NCBI GenBank assembly: GCA_963796055.1
Contig: CAWCKH010000004.1
Span: 1,344,001-1,408,000, forward strand
DNA length: 64,000 nucleotides
Direction of reading: 5' to 3'
DNA from: an uncultured delta proteobacterium
Lineage (GTDB): Bacteria > Myxococcota > Myxococcia > Myxococcales > Myxococcaceae
Positions 1 through 12,416 of the stretch are shown one piece after another; the stretch's first letter is position 1, and the number at the start of each line of letters is the position of its first letter. Below the pieces are notes generated by a model. It was given only the letters and a program-made list of their open reading frames with translations, had not been told where the DNA came from and searched no databases. Both the position numbers and the translations under genes were made by a program.

Positions 1-655
1 GATCCGGCGGGGACTCGCGGCGCTGGGCGTGGCACTCGTGCTCGTGGCCGGGCTGGTGGGCTTCCGTGCCTCGCGGCCACTCGTCCGGGCGGAGCGGGCC
101 CTGGCGCGCGGCGACCACGAGGCGGCCCTGGCCTTGCTCAGGCCGCTCGACCGGACCGCCGAGGTCCTGGTGCTGCGCGGATGGGCCCAGGCGCTCGCCC
201 ATCGGTCCGGCGAGGCGCTTGCCTCGTGGGAAGACGCGTCCAGGCTCGACCCCGGTGCGCTCGGCCCGGTCCTCCCGCTGATCGCCGACGAGCTGGGCGG
301 TTCACGCGCGCAGTCGGCGGGAGATCTGCTGGCGCGCGCCGGAAGCCCGGGCCGCGGGACGCTGCTCGAGGCGACCCGGTCGGACACGTACCGGAAGCGG
401 TGGGCGGCGGTCGAGGCGCTCCGGCGGGCACACGCGGACGAAGGGGTCGACATGCGCGAGGTGTACCTGGCGGACCTCCGGGTCCGGGACTGCGACGTGG
501 TGGTGCGCGCAGCGGGCAAGCTGGCCGACCTCGGCGAGTCACGCGCGGTCGAGCCGTTGCGCGAGATCGCCCAGCGCAAGGCAGTGCTCGGGCTGACCGA
601 CGCCTGCGAGGCGCCGGCTGCGCGGGTGGCGCTCAGGAAGCTCGAGAAGCACTGA
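1..655 (+). CDS. 5'-truncated membrane-anchored protein with TPR-like and HEAT-like repeats
   Basis: Frame open from the window start; hydrophobic segment, then helical repeats (AAGKLADLGESRAVEPL is HEAT-like). Confidence 0.55.
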   Translation, partial: IRRGLAALGVALVLVAGLVGFRASRPLVRAERALARGDHEAALALLRPLDRTAEVLVLRGWAQALAHRSGEALASWEDASRLDPGALGPVLPLIADELGGSRAQSAGDLLARAGSPGRGTLLEATRSDTYRKRWAAVEALRRAHADEGVDMREVYLADLRVRDCDVVVRAAGKLADLGESRAVEPLREIAQRKAVLGLTDACEAPAARVALRKLEKH

Positions 656-682
656 ACCCCGGAACACCGGAGGGCTGCCCGC

Positions 683-1099
683 TCAGCCCGGAGCGCTGGC
701 CGGCTCCTCGGTGAGCTCCTGCATCGTGCGCCAGAATGCCACCCAGCCCTCGGCCCGGCGCTCCAGCGCCCACAGCTCGACACCGTGGGCCCGCCAGTCA
801 CGGCCGCCACGCGAATAGGTCATGTCGAACGCCACCTCGGCCAGCGCTGCCGTCGAGCCGCCTTCCACGCTGCGGCGGTCCTCGCGGTACGAGCGCAGCC
901 GCGCGCCGGCGGTGAACTCGCGGTAGCTCTCGACCAGCCGCTCGCGCCCGGTCAGTCGCATGCTGAAACCGGGGAAGACGAAGGTGATGTCCGGCGCGAG
1001 CAGCGGGGTCATGTCCTCCAGCGGTCCGTCGCGCCAGGCGCGCTGGATCCGGTCGAGAACCCGGAGCACTGCGACCTCGGTCTCCGCTGGAGCGGGCAT
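683..1099 (-). CDS. NTF2/SnoaL-like (DUF4440) protein
   Basis: ATG at 1099; pattern LLAPDITFVFP..LTGRE..W..FWRT. Confidence 0.7.
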   Translation of the reverse strand: MPAPAETEVAVLRVLDRIQRAWRDGPLEDMTPLLAPDITFVFPGFSMRLTGRERLVESYREFTAGARLRSYREDRRSVEGGSTAALAEVAFDMTYSRGGRDWRAHGVELWALERRAEGWVAFWRTMQELTEEPASAPG

Positions 1100-1205
1100 G
1101 GAGGCCGCGCACCGTACAGCGGAGCCTCGGCGCCTTCCAGCGCCGCCGAGGGCGGGTTCCAGGCACCGCAGGCGCAACCCGAGAAGGGTCAGGAGATTCC
1201 TGCTT

Positions 1206-2054
1206 CTACGAGCGCAAGGGGAGACTCCGCTCGAGCGTGGCCAGCCGGGCCATCGTCTCGGAGTACAGGGTGTCCAGCTTGCTATGGAGCTGCGTCACCT
1301 CGAGCCCGGCCTTGATGTTGGCCGCGTACTCCACGTCACTGCGGATCCGATCGCCCGCCGCCTGCCGGTTCTGGGCGATGAGCACGAAGCAGCTGAGAAA
1401 GATGCTCTCCAGCGAGACCGCCATGGTGAGGAACCCAAAAGGGAACGGGTCGAAGGATGGCACGCGAGGGAGCAGGCGGAGGTTCCAGACGATCCACACC
1501 AGGAACAGCATGGCGTGAAGGACGAGGAAGGGGATGCTCCCGCTGAACTCGGCCAGCCACTCGGCGACCCGCTGCACGCCGGTCCGCTGGTGCTCCACCT
1601 CCTGGTTGGGTGAGACGGTGGACTGCGACTGGAGGAGCCGGTCCGCCTCGCGCAGCCGCTTGCCGATCACCGTGAGGAGGTCGAGCGCCGCGCCGGGGTG
1701 CTTCTGGAAGAGCCCCTCCAGCGCCGCGCGATCGATCTCCACCGCACGGGTGGGCTCGGCCGCGACGGCGTCGGCGGTCCGCTCGCGGCCATCGAGCAGC
1801 GACAGCTCACCGAAGAAGTCGCCCCGACCGAGGAGGCCCAGGAGCACGCGCTTCCCGGTGGTGGTGTCGACCGAGATCTCCACCGCGCCCCGGGCGATGA
1901 CGTAGAGGGCCGCACCCGGGTCGCCGCGCCGGAAGATGCGGGTGCCGGCGGGGAAATCGCAGAGGTGCATCGCGGTGGCGAGCGTGGCGCGCTCGGTGGA
2001 ATCCAGCGCCTGGAACAGCGGGACTTCGGCCAGCAGTGATTCCTCGGCAGCCAT
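1206..2054 (-). CDS. cNMP-binding domain + DUF1003 membrane protein
   Basis: GDFFGELSLLDG..RTADA cNMP motif; FDPFPFGFLT..LESIFLS..QNRQ DUF1003 motif. Confidence 0.85.
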   Translation of the reverse strand: MAAEESLLAEVPLFQALDSTERATLATAMHLCDFPAGTRIFRRGDPGAALYVIARGAVEISVDTTTGKRVLLGLLGRGDFFGELSLLDGRERTADAVAAEPTRAVEIDRAALEGLFQKHPGAALDLLTVIGKRLREADRLLQSQSTVSPNQEVEHQRTGVQRVAEWLAEFSGSIPFLVLHAMLFLVWIVWNLRLLPRVPSFDPFPFGFLTMAVSLESIFLSCFVLIAQNRQAAGDRIRSDVEYAANIKAGLEVTQLHSKLDTLYSETMARLATLERSLPLRS

Positions 2055-2119
2055 GCGGGGGCCTCCCTCGACCCCCGGTTCTGCCACGCCTGCCGCGCGC
2101 CGGCTGCGGCCGCCCCGAC

Positions 2120-2392
2120 CTACCGACTGCCGCCCACCCCACGACGCTCGCTCGAGCCACGGCGGCCCCGGGCGTGGACGAAGGTCCCCGCCAGCGCGAT
2201 CAGCATCCCCAGAAAGCCAGCGAGATCGACGCCACCCGGCTCTGCCGCCGCTGCGGCGATGGGGGTGGCCTCGGGACCGGGGCTGGAAGCGCGAATCCGG
2301 GCTGCCCGCCGGTCCTCACGGGGCGGCCCCGCCACTGCCGGAAGCGAGAGGAGGACCAGACAGAGCGCGCAGCGACGGAGCCGGAAAGACAT
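2120..2392 (-). CDS. small hypothetical exported/membrane protein
   Basis: Signal-peptide-like N-terminus and C-terminal hydrophobic stretch; co-oriented with neighbours. Confidence 0.35.
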   Translation of the reverse strand: MSFRLRRCALCLVLLSLPAVAGPPREDRRAARIRASSPGPEATPIAAAAAEPGGVDLAGFLGMLIALAGTFVHARGRRGSSERRGVGGSR

Positions 2393-2475
2393 CGATGGGG
2401 GTCTGCCGATTGTCGCCGACGCGACGGGACCCCGTCACCCGTCCCGGGGTCGCATCCAACGTGGGGTGCTGTCGC

Positions 2476-3000
2476 TCAACGTCCCAGCTTCACCAGCTCG
2501 TTGCGGCAGATGTGGCAGAGCGACGGCTGCTGGCGGTCCACGTCCGCCAGCGAGGTTGCGGCGAACATCGCGCAGCGCGCGTCCTCGCAGTAGCTCAGAC
2601 CCACCAGGTGTCCGGCCTGGTGCAGTCCCTGGATCTGCACCCGTCGCCGGAAGGTGGCGTCGTCCGCGCCCTGGCGGAGCCGGGCGACGCTGAGGATGGC
2701 CACCCGGGACTCGCGGTCCGCCTCGCCGAAGACGAAGGGGCTGTCCGGGACGAAGAGGTCCACGTCCGTCACCCCGAGCACCGTGCCCTCCCGGTCCAGG
2801 AGCGGGACCAGGCGGCGCATGATGGCGTTGGAGTGGTACTGGTTCCGGTCCTTGTTGAAGGCGTAGGCGGGGGAGGTCAGGCCTGGCTTCCCGTAGCCCA
2901 CCGTGAGGCCGAGCTGGGCGGTCAGAGGGGCCTCGAGTTCCCGCAGGAGGCTCAGCGGGGCGTTTCCGATGGGGACCAGCTCAAGCACTCGGGGACCCAC
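2476..3000 (-). CDS. archaemetzincin-like protein, probably non-proteolytic
   Basis: AFNKDRNQY, DVDLF..FVFGEA, Cys4 motif; zinc motif reads HQAGHLVGLSYC. Confidence 0.8.
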   Translation of the reverse strand: MGPRVLELVPIGNAPLSLLRELEAPLTAQLGLTVGYGKPGLTSPAYAFNKDRNQYHSNAIMRRLVPLLDREGTVLGVTDVDLFVPDSPFVFGEADRESRVAILSVARLRQGADDATFRRRVQIQGLHQAGHLVGLSYCEDARCAMFAATSLADVDRQQPSLCHICRNELVKLGR

Positions 3001-3030
3001 GGACAGACCCTCCTACACAAGGCGGCGAGG

Positions 3031-3101
3031 CTGGGGCGCAAGGATTCGAACCTTGATAGTCAAATCCAAAGTCTGACGTCCTGCCGTTAGACGACGCCCC
3101 A
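3031..3101 (-). tRNA. tRNA-Gln (anticodon TTG), CCA not encoded
   Basis: TGGGGCG/CGCCCCA acceptor stem, CTTTGGA anticodon loop, GGTTCGAATCC T arm. Confidence 0.92.
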
Positions 3102-3178
3102 GTACGGTCGACGACCCGTCCAGGGAGCATAAGGGCTTCTCCGGCCCGCCCCAACCAAAGCGAGCAGGGGGGCGACCG

Positions 3179-6330
<3,152 letters not shown>

Positions 6331-6418
6331 TCACAAGCCTGCGGCAGTGCCCCAAGCTACCGCCCTCTCTAGGGAATTTGGCTCCTAGCACCCCTCCCAC
6401 GACGCGCCTCGGAGACCC

Positions 6419-6871
6419 TCAGGCATCGGCCCGCGGAGCGCCCTCCGGACGGCTCAAAACCCGGCCCAGATCGGCGAACACCGCCGGGTCCGAGAACAGG
6501 GCCCGGGGCAGCTCGCACCGCGTTCCATCGGTCAAGGTGAGGACCCAGCGGGGGGCCCAGCGGCCGATCTCCTCCACGGCCTTGATCTGCGGCCAGAGCA
6601 CCAGCTCGGTCCTCCCGTCCAGCGGACGAGCGATCTCGGCGCCGGCGAGGTCCACCCGCACCCCGAAGCCCTGGCGGGGCCGCAGCCGCCAGGAGAGCCA
6701 GGCGAAGGCTCCGCTGAGCGCGAGCGCCGCCACGGCGCGCGCCGAGGCTGTCGGGCGGCCGTGTCCGGCCCGGACCAGGGCTGCGGCGCCCAGCGCCGCG
6801 GCGAGGACGGCGAGCCCCGCCAGCACGGCCCGGAGCCTGGTCGGTCGGTAAGGAAAAAATCTGGGCGTCAT
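6419..6871 (-). CDS. hypothetical membrane protein (2 TM + PH-like domain)
   Basis: ATGA overlap with the recF stop; two hydrophobic helices. Confidence 0.6.
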   Translation of the reverse strand: MTPRFFPYRPTRLRAVLAGLAVLAAALGAAALVRAGHGRPTASARAVAALALSGAFAWLSWRLRPRQGFGVRVDLAGAEIARPLDGRTELVLWPQIKAVEEIGRWAPRWVLTLTDGTRCELPRALFSDPAVFADLGRVLSRPEGAPRADA

Positions 6872-7998
6872 GCGGTGCGGGCCGGGCGGAGGCGAGCATC
6901 CTCCGTCACCTCTCCGGAGTCGACGCGGAGCCAGAGCGTGTCCGGCCCCGCGGCGCGGGCGACCAGCGACGCATCGGTGGTGGTGAGCAGCACCTGGGCG
7001 AGGCTCTCGGCCACGGTGTGCATGAGAAAGGCGTTGCGTTCGGGGTCGAGCTCGCTGGAGACGTCGTCGAGCAGGAGCAGGGGGGGTCTCCCGAAGGCCT
7101 CACGCACGTTCTCGATCTCGGCGATCTTCCAGCCGAGCACCAGCGCGCGTCCCTGGCCCTGAGACGCGTATGCCCGCGCGCTCCGGCCGGCGAGCGTGAG
7201 CTGGAGATCATCCGCGTGAGGTCCCACCGAGGTGAAGCCCCGCTCGCGATCCCGCGAGAGGCGCTCGGCAAGCGCGTGCCGGAGCGCGCCCTCCAGCCCC
7301 TCCTCGGTCTGCGGATGGTGCGCCCCGAGATGGAGCGCGGTGTAGCCCACGTCGACGTCGGGCAGCTGGGAGACGGCTCGCACCGCCGAGACCGCCCGCG
7401 GACCGAGCTCGTCCAGGAGGACGCGCCGGCGGACCAGGACCCGCGCGCCGGTCCTGGCCAGCGCCTCGTCGTACGCCTCGACGTAGCTTGCCGCGGCGTT
7501 CTCCTTGAGCAGCCGGTTCCGGCTCTTCAGCGCGCGCTGGTAGGCCCGGTGCTCGCGGAGGTAGGCCGGGAAGCGGTTGAAGACCGCGCGGTCCAGGAAG
7601 GCCCGGCGCACCTCGGGCCCGCCCTTCACCACCGCCAGGTCGTCGGGCGTGAAGGCGACGACGCTCATCCCACCGAAGTAGTCCTCGAGCCTGGCCGCCT
7701 TCTTCCCGTCCACGAAGGCCTGCCGGACTCCGGCAGCCACCTGGACCGAGATCTCCCGCTCGGCGCCGCCCAGGGTGAAGCGTCCGGTGACCGTGGCCTG
7801 CTCGGTCCCGAAGCGCACCAGCTCGGAGAGGCGATTGGCGCGCAGCGGCCGCAGGGTGCAGAGGAAGTAGACCGCCTCGAGCAGGCTGGTCTTGCCCTGC
7901 CCGTTGCTTCCCACCACCACGGTGGCGTGAGGGGACGGCCGGATGGAGACCGAGCGGAGATTGCGAAAGTCGGCGACTTGGAGACGCTCGAGGAGCAC
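6868..7998 (-). CDS. recF: DNA replication/repair protein RecF
   Basis: DFRNL, GSNGQGKTS, SQGQ, LLLDDVSSELD; GTG overlaps the dnaN stop. Confidence 0.95.
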   Translation of the reverse strand: MLLERLQVADFRNLRSVSIRPSPHATVVVGSNGQGKTSLLEAVYFLCTLRPLRANRLSELVRFGTEQATVTGRFTLGGAEREISVQVAAGVRQAFVDGKKAARLEDYFGGMSVVAFTPDDLAVVKGGPEVRRAFLDRAVFNRFPAYLREHRAYQRALKSRNRLLKENAAASYVEAYDEALARTGARVLVRRRVLLDELGPRAVSAVRAVSQLPDVDVGYTALHLGAHHPQTEEGLEGALRHALAERLSRDRERGFTSVGPHADDLQLTLAGRSARAYASQGQGRALVLGWKIAEIENVREAFGRPPLLLLDDVSSELDPERNAFLMHTVAESLAQVLLTTTDASLVARAAGPDTLWLRVDSGEVTEDARLRPARTA

Positions 7999-9104
7999 TA
8001 CACCCGCATCGGCATGACCACCGCGGTGTAGCTGCGATCGCCCGGCGCGTGCAGGACGCCCGGGCTGTGATCGTCCCCCAGCTCGAAGGAGACCTCGTCC
8101 CCCTCGAGCACCGCGAGCACATCGGTCAGGTAGCGGGCGTTGAAGCCGATGGTGATGTCGCCGGCGTCGTACTGGACCTCGAGGTCGTCCTTGGCCTCGC
8201 CCAGGTCCGGGTTCTGCGCGCTGATCCGCAGCTGGTTGGCGGTGAGGCCGATCTTCACCGCATTCGACTTGTCGACGCTGAGGAGCGCGATTCGCTTGAG
8301 CGCCTCGGTGAAGCGGATGCGAGGGACCAGCACCTTGCGATCGCCTTCCTTGGGGATGACGCGCTGGTACTCGGGGAACTGCCCGTCGATGAGCCGCATC
8401 ACCATGGTGAGGCCGGGTTTCTTGAACAGCGCCGAGTTCTCGGCGAAGCCCAGCGCGCACTCGGCATCGGGTGCCTCGTCGAGCAGCCGGCGGAGCTCGT
8501 GCAGGCCCTTGCGGGGGATGATGACCCCGCCCTTGAGCTTGAAGTCCCCGGAGAGCTCGCGTTCCACCAGGGCGAGCCGGTGACCGTCGGTGGCCACCAT
8601 GCGTACTTTCCCGCCCGTGCGCGGCTCGAAGAAGACGCCGTTGAGGATGTAGCGGGTCTCGTCGGTGGAGATGGCGAAGGCCGTCTTGCGGATCATCTCC
8701 AGCAGGACCGGCCCGGGCACCGTGACCAGATGCGCGTTCTCCTCCCTGGGGAGCTTGGGGTACTCCTCGGGAGACATTCCGACGATCTTGAAGTGCGCGC
8801 TGCCGCTCTGGAGCTCGGCGTACTGGTTGGGGAGCTTTCGCACCGTGACCTGCGGCTCGGGCAGGTTCTGCACGATGTCGAAGACGGTCTTCGCCGAGAG
8901 GGTGAGGCTGCCGGGCTTGGTCACCTCGGCGGGGTGCTCGCTGACGATGCCCACGTCGAGGTCGAAGGCGGTGATCTGCACCCCGGTCTTCGTCGCGTTG
9001 ACGAGCACGTTGGAGAGGATGGGCATCGTGGTCTTGCGCTCCACGATCCCCTGGGCCCGGTACAGCGCTCGCTTCAGCTCCTCCGCAGCGATGCGGAATT
9101 CCAT
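7998..9104 (-). CDS. dnaN: DNA polymerase III beta clamp
   Basis: TMPILSN, ATDGHRL, RLIDGQFPEY, GFNARY, VVMPMR; 368 aa. Confidence 0.97.
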   Translation of the reverse strand: MEFRIAAEELKRALYRAQGIVERKTTMPILSNVLVNATKTGVQITAFDLDVGIVSEHPAEVTKPGSLTLSAKTVFDIVQNLPEPQVTVRKLPNQYAELQSGSAHFKIVGMSPEEYPKLPREENAHLVTVPGPVLLEMIRKTAFAISTDETRYILNGVFFEPRTGGKVRMVATDGHRLALVERELSGDFKLKGGVIIPRKGLHELRRLLDEAPDAECALGFAENSALFKKPGLTMVMRLIDGQFPEYQRVIPKEGDRKVLVPRIRFTEALKRIALLSVDKSNAVKIGLTANQLRISAQNPDLGEAKDDLEVQYDAGDITIGFNARYLTDVLAVLEGDEVSFELGDDHSPGVLHAPGDRSYTAVVMPMRV

Positions 9105-9293
9105 GTGCCCATCGTCTCCTGCGGAGGAGACATTCGAAGACTCCGCCCGCGCGCGACGTGTAGCCCGCAGCGGCAGGTGCGTCAAACGTGGTCGGAGCCT
9201 CCGAGGCCGGGCCGGAACGGAGGCGAGGAGAGCGAATCGGGCGGGCCGTGAATACACAAACCAGCGGAAAGTCTTGGTCCTGCAGGATAGAGA

Positions 9294-9317
9294 TTGATTT
9301 TGAGACTCGTTCTCAAT
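9294..9317 (+). promoter_or_regulatory. putative Fur box
   Basis: TTGAGA-CTCGT-TCTCAA inverted repeat (9300-9316) resembling the 7-1-7 Fur motif, in an AT-rich patch just upstream of ATG 9334. Confidence 0.55.
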
Positions 9318-9333
9318 AAACCCAGGATCTCCG

Positions 9334-9738
9334 ATGGCTCGTCGTCTCCTCCTCGCCTCCGTCGTGCTTGGCACGGTGCTGGTCCTGGCCTGCGCGCACG
9401 CGGGATTCGTCCCCCAGCCCACGCTCCTGGACGTGGAGCGCGTCCAGCCGGTGGACCCGGGGCTGAGCCTCGCGGACATGCAGGCCGGACGCGCGGCGTA
9501 TCTCCAGCGATGCAGCAGCTGCCATCCGGTGCACGGGCCCGGTGAGTACCGGGGAGATCAGTGGCCGGAGCTGCTCGCCCGGATGCAGCGAGAGAAGAAG
9601 ATCAAGATCCCGGAGCACGACCGGGTGCTGATCGCGCGTTACCTGGTCGCGTTCAGCTCCACTGCGCCAAGACCGATCGATGCGGGTGTGATGGGTCCAG
9701 GGCTGGTGGGAAGCGCTCAGCCATCGGCGTCGCGCTAG
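9334..9738 (+). CDS. monoheme c-type cytochrome, probable lipoprotein
   Basis: CSSCH heme motif, candidate distal Met (QWPELLARM), lipobox-like LVLAC. Confidence 0.75.
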   Translation: MARRLLLASVVLGTVLVLACAHAGFVPQPTLLDVERVQPVDPGLSLADMQAGRAAYLQRCSSCHPVHGPGEYRGDQWPELLARMQREKKIKIPEHDRVLIARYLVAFSSTAPRPIDAGVMGPGLVGSAQPSASR

Positions 9739-9909
9739 GTCAGGGCGGCCGCAGCCGAGATCCGGATCAGGGGTCCTCGGGCCCTATGGTCGGTGAGCTC
9801 AGGGCGGCCGCAGTCCGCGTGGGCTGGCGGCCACAGGCGAGGTCCCGGGTCAGGGTCCTTGCTCAGGACGGCCCTAGTTCGCGTGGTCTGGGCAGGCGCA
9901 GTCGGCTAG
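9736..9909 (+). repeat. copy of modular intergenic repeat (GGTCAGGGCGGCCGCAGTC family), modules B-A-B'-A'
   Basis: Matches units at 18228, 51630 and 53759; starts at the TAG stop of the cytochrome gene and ends GCAGTCGGCTAG. Confidence 0.8.
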
Positions 9910-9939
9910 GCATCGCCCAACGTGCTGGCAACCGCTGTG

Positions 9940-10295
9940 GCTTCAGAAGAGTTAGATAATGGATCTTAGGGGTAGTGGAAGCCGGTGGCGCGGACTTGTG
10001 GAGACTCGCATAAGCCACCAGCGCTGCTGCGGATTCTGATCCAGGGACTTGTGGACAACGGCCGTGGTTCTCCACGGCGTCACACAGTCGTCGCTGTGCA
10101 GACGTGGAGTCTCCACATCTGTTCCGTGCGTACCCCCAGGGGATCACGGAAGTTTCAGACACCAGCCTCGAACACGATCTCCCCACAAGTTCCGGACAAC
10201 ATGGTCCTCGCGCAGGGCTGTCGACATGCCAGTGACAGCCTGCGCACCGGGAACACCCAACATCTCCACAGTGTGGGCGCCGGTGGAAAACACCA
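9940..10295. other. oriC: probable replication origin oriC
   Basis: In the dnaA-dnaN gap; DnaA box TGTGGACAA (10050-10058), degenerate boxes at 9997, 10109, 10179, 10262, 10282; AT-richer DUE-like segment at about 9942-9980. Confidence 0.75.
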
Positions 10296-10343
10296 TCGAG
10301 GTTGGCTTGAGTCCGGCCACGCATGGTGGGGTGCTGCTGACGG

Positions 10344-10640
10344 ATGGCTCTGGCTCCGATCACTGCCACGCGCACGGAGCGTGAGCGACCGCTCCCGGGG
10401 GACGCGCTCGCTCCGACTGGGTCCTCTCGGTGACGCACGCGATCATCATCGATGCCGCACCGGAGCGTGGATCGACGCCGCCAGGCAGGCAGGAAGGCCG
10501 GAGCAACCGCTCTTGATCATCGAGCGGGTCTACCGGCTGCTCGCCAGACTGCCACGACCGGTCCTGTTCGCGGTCGCCGGCCTCGGTCACCGATTCATGG
10601 AAGCCCGGCATCTGCGAGGCATCAAGCGGCGCGCCGAGCT
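10344..10640 (+). pseudogene. decayed SRPBCC-like conserved hypothetical gene
   Basis: Fragments ERERPLPGDAL, THAIIIDAAPE and GHRFMEARHLRGIKRRAE lie in three different frames; middle part missing. Confidence 0.6.
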
Positions 10641-10683
10641 CACGCGCTGCTGCTTCATCGGGGCCGGTCGCTCCAGGCCCGTT

Positions 10684-12042
10684 TCAGCCCGGGCCGAGCT
10701 TGCTCTCCAGCTCGTCCAGCTCCTTGCGGATGCCGGCGTCGATCTCCCGCTGTCGCTCGACCTTGCGTACCGAGGAGATGACGGTGGAGTGGTCCTTGTT
10801 GAAGCGGGCGGCGATCTCCGGGAACGAGCTGCGGGTCAGCTTCCGGGCGAGGTACATCGCCACCTGTCGCGCGTGAGCCAGCTGCTTGGTCCGGCGGTCC
10901 GCCCGGAGCTCCTCGACCGCCACCTTGAAGTAGCGCGCCGTCTCCCGCTGGATGTGGTCGATGTCGATCGGCCGCTGGGCCGGGAGGATGTCCCGCAGGA
11001 CCTGGGCGGCGAACTCCTCGGTCACCGGCTGCCCGGTGAGGCTGTGCACCGCGGAGATCTTGATCAGCGCGCCCTCGAGCTCACGGACGTTCTTCTGCAC
11101 GTGCTTGGCGATGAAGTGGCAGACGTTGTCCGGGAGCTCGAAGCCGTCGGCCTCGGCCTTCTTCTTGAGGATGGCGACGCGCGTCTCGTAGTTCGGCTCC
11201 TGGATGTCGGTGATCAGCCCCATCGTGAACCGGCTCCGCAGCCGGTCCTCGAGGCCGGGGATCTCCGCCGGCACCGCGTCGGAGGTGAGAACGATGGCCT
11301 TCGACATCTCGTGGAGCGCGTTGAAGGTGTAGAAGAACTCTTTCTGCGTCTCCTCGCGCTTGCCGAGGAACTGGATGTCGTCGATCAGCAGGACGTCGCA
11401 CTCGTCGCGGAACTTGCGGCGGAAGTCCGTCATCTTGTGGTCGCGGACGCTCTCCACGAACTCGTTGGTGAACTCCTCGCTGGAGAGGTAGACGATCCGC
11501 GCCGCCGGGTTCTTGGAGAAGATGGCGTTGCCCACCGCGTGCAGCAGGTGCGTCTTGCCCAGCCCGGTGCCCCCGTAGATGAAGAGAGGGTTGTACGCCC
11601 GGCCCGGGCTCTCGGCGACGGCAGCGGCCGCGGCGGCGGGGAGCTGGTTGCTCTCGGCCACCACGTAGTTCACGAAGGTGAAGCGCTCGTTGAGTCGCGG
11701 GGGACGGGGCGCCGAGCTGGAGGCGCGACCGGACGTCGACGCCGGGACGCTCGTATCGCCCGGCGGCGTGCCCACTACCTCGTAGCCGATCCCCATCGAG
11801 CCCCCGTGCACGCGGGAGATCGCGTCCTCGAGGAGTGGCCGGTAGTGGTCGTCCACCCAGTCGCGGAAGAAGCGGTCCGGAACGCCGAGGATCAGCGCCC
11901 CGTCGCGGACCTCGAGCGCCTGCATCCGGTCGAGCCAGGTGAGCGCATAAGACTTGCCGTCCTCGCGAAGCAGAGCGAGCGTCTTTTCCCAGAGTTCATC
12001 GGCAGTTGCGGGCACGGGCGACTGCTCGGGAGAAGCCGACAC
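10684..12042 (-). CDS. dnaA: chromosomal replication initiator DnaA
   Basis: YNPLFIYGGTGLGKTHLL, LLIDDIQF, NVRELEGAL, KDHSTV; GTG start 12042 (or 12015). Confidence 0.97.
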   Translation of the reverse strand: MSASPEQSPVPATADELWEKTLALLREDGKSYALTWLDRMQALEVRDGALILGVPDRFFRDWVDDHYRPLLEDAISRVHGGSMGIGYEVVGTPPGDTSVPASTSGRASSSAPRPPRLNERFTFVNYVVAESNQLPAAAAAAVAESPGRAYNPLFIYGGTGLGKTHLLHAVGNAIFSKNPAARIVYLSSEEFTNEFVESVRDHKMTDFRRKFRDECDVLLIDDIQFLGKREETQKEFFYTFNALHEMSKAIVLTSDAVPAEIPGLEDRLRSRFTMGLITDIQEPNYETRVAILKKKAEADGFELPDNVCHFIAKHVQKNVRELEGALIKISAVHSLTGQPVTEEFAAQVLRDILPAQRPIDIDHIQRETARYFKVAVEELRADRRTKQLAHARQVAMYLARKLTRSSFPEIAARFNKDHSTVISSVRKVERQREIDAGIRKELDELESKLGPG

Positions 12043-12261
12043 GTGAGGCGACCTCGGGGGGAAACCACCGGTCCTGTGGCGCGGGGGGCGGGGGGCGTGT
12101 TGTACGACTTCCCGCGGCCGGTTGGGGATCAAAAACGTGCGGCCCGGGCACCGTGACCAGGGCGATCCGTCCATCAGGCCTCATTGACTCGGTCGCGCGG
12201 CCTGGGTTATGCGCGCGGCCCTCCCCAAAGTCCCAACCAGAGTCCCTCGGAGCATCGCCCC

Positions 12262-12414
12262 GTGTCGAAGCGCACGTACCAGCCGTCCAAGTTGAAACGG
12301 AACCGGACCCACGGCTTCCGGAAGCGAAACAGCACCCGCGCCGGCCAGGACGTCCTCCGTCGTCGCCGCGCCAAGGGCCGCAAGCGTCTGGCCGTGTCCG
12401 CGGCCAAGAAGTAG
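12262..12414 (+). CDS. rpmH: 50S ribosomal protein L34
   Basis: [29 protein letters not shown]. Confidence 0.97.
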   Translation: MSKRTYQPSKLKRNRTHGFRKRNSTRAGQDVLRRRRAKGRKRLAVSAAKK

Positions 12415-12416
12415 GG

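Noticed and set aside
3031..3101. tRNA as an island integration site
   Set aside because: No duplicated 3' end or integrase seen in the window
6369..6388. CTAGG..CCTAG inverted repeat upstream of gyrB
   Set aside because: Arms too short to distinguish from chance
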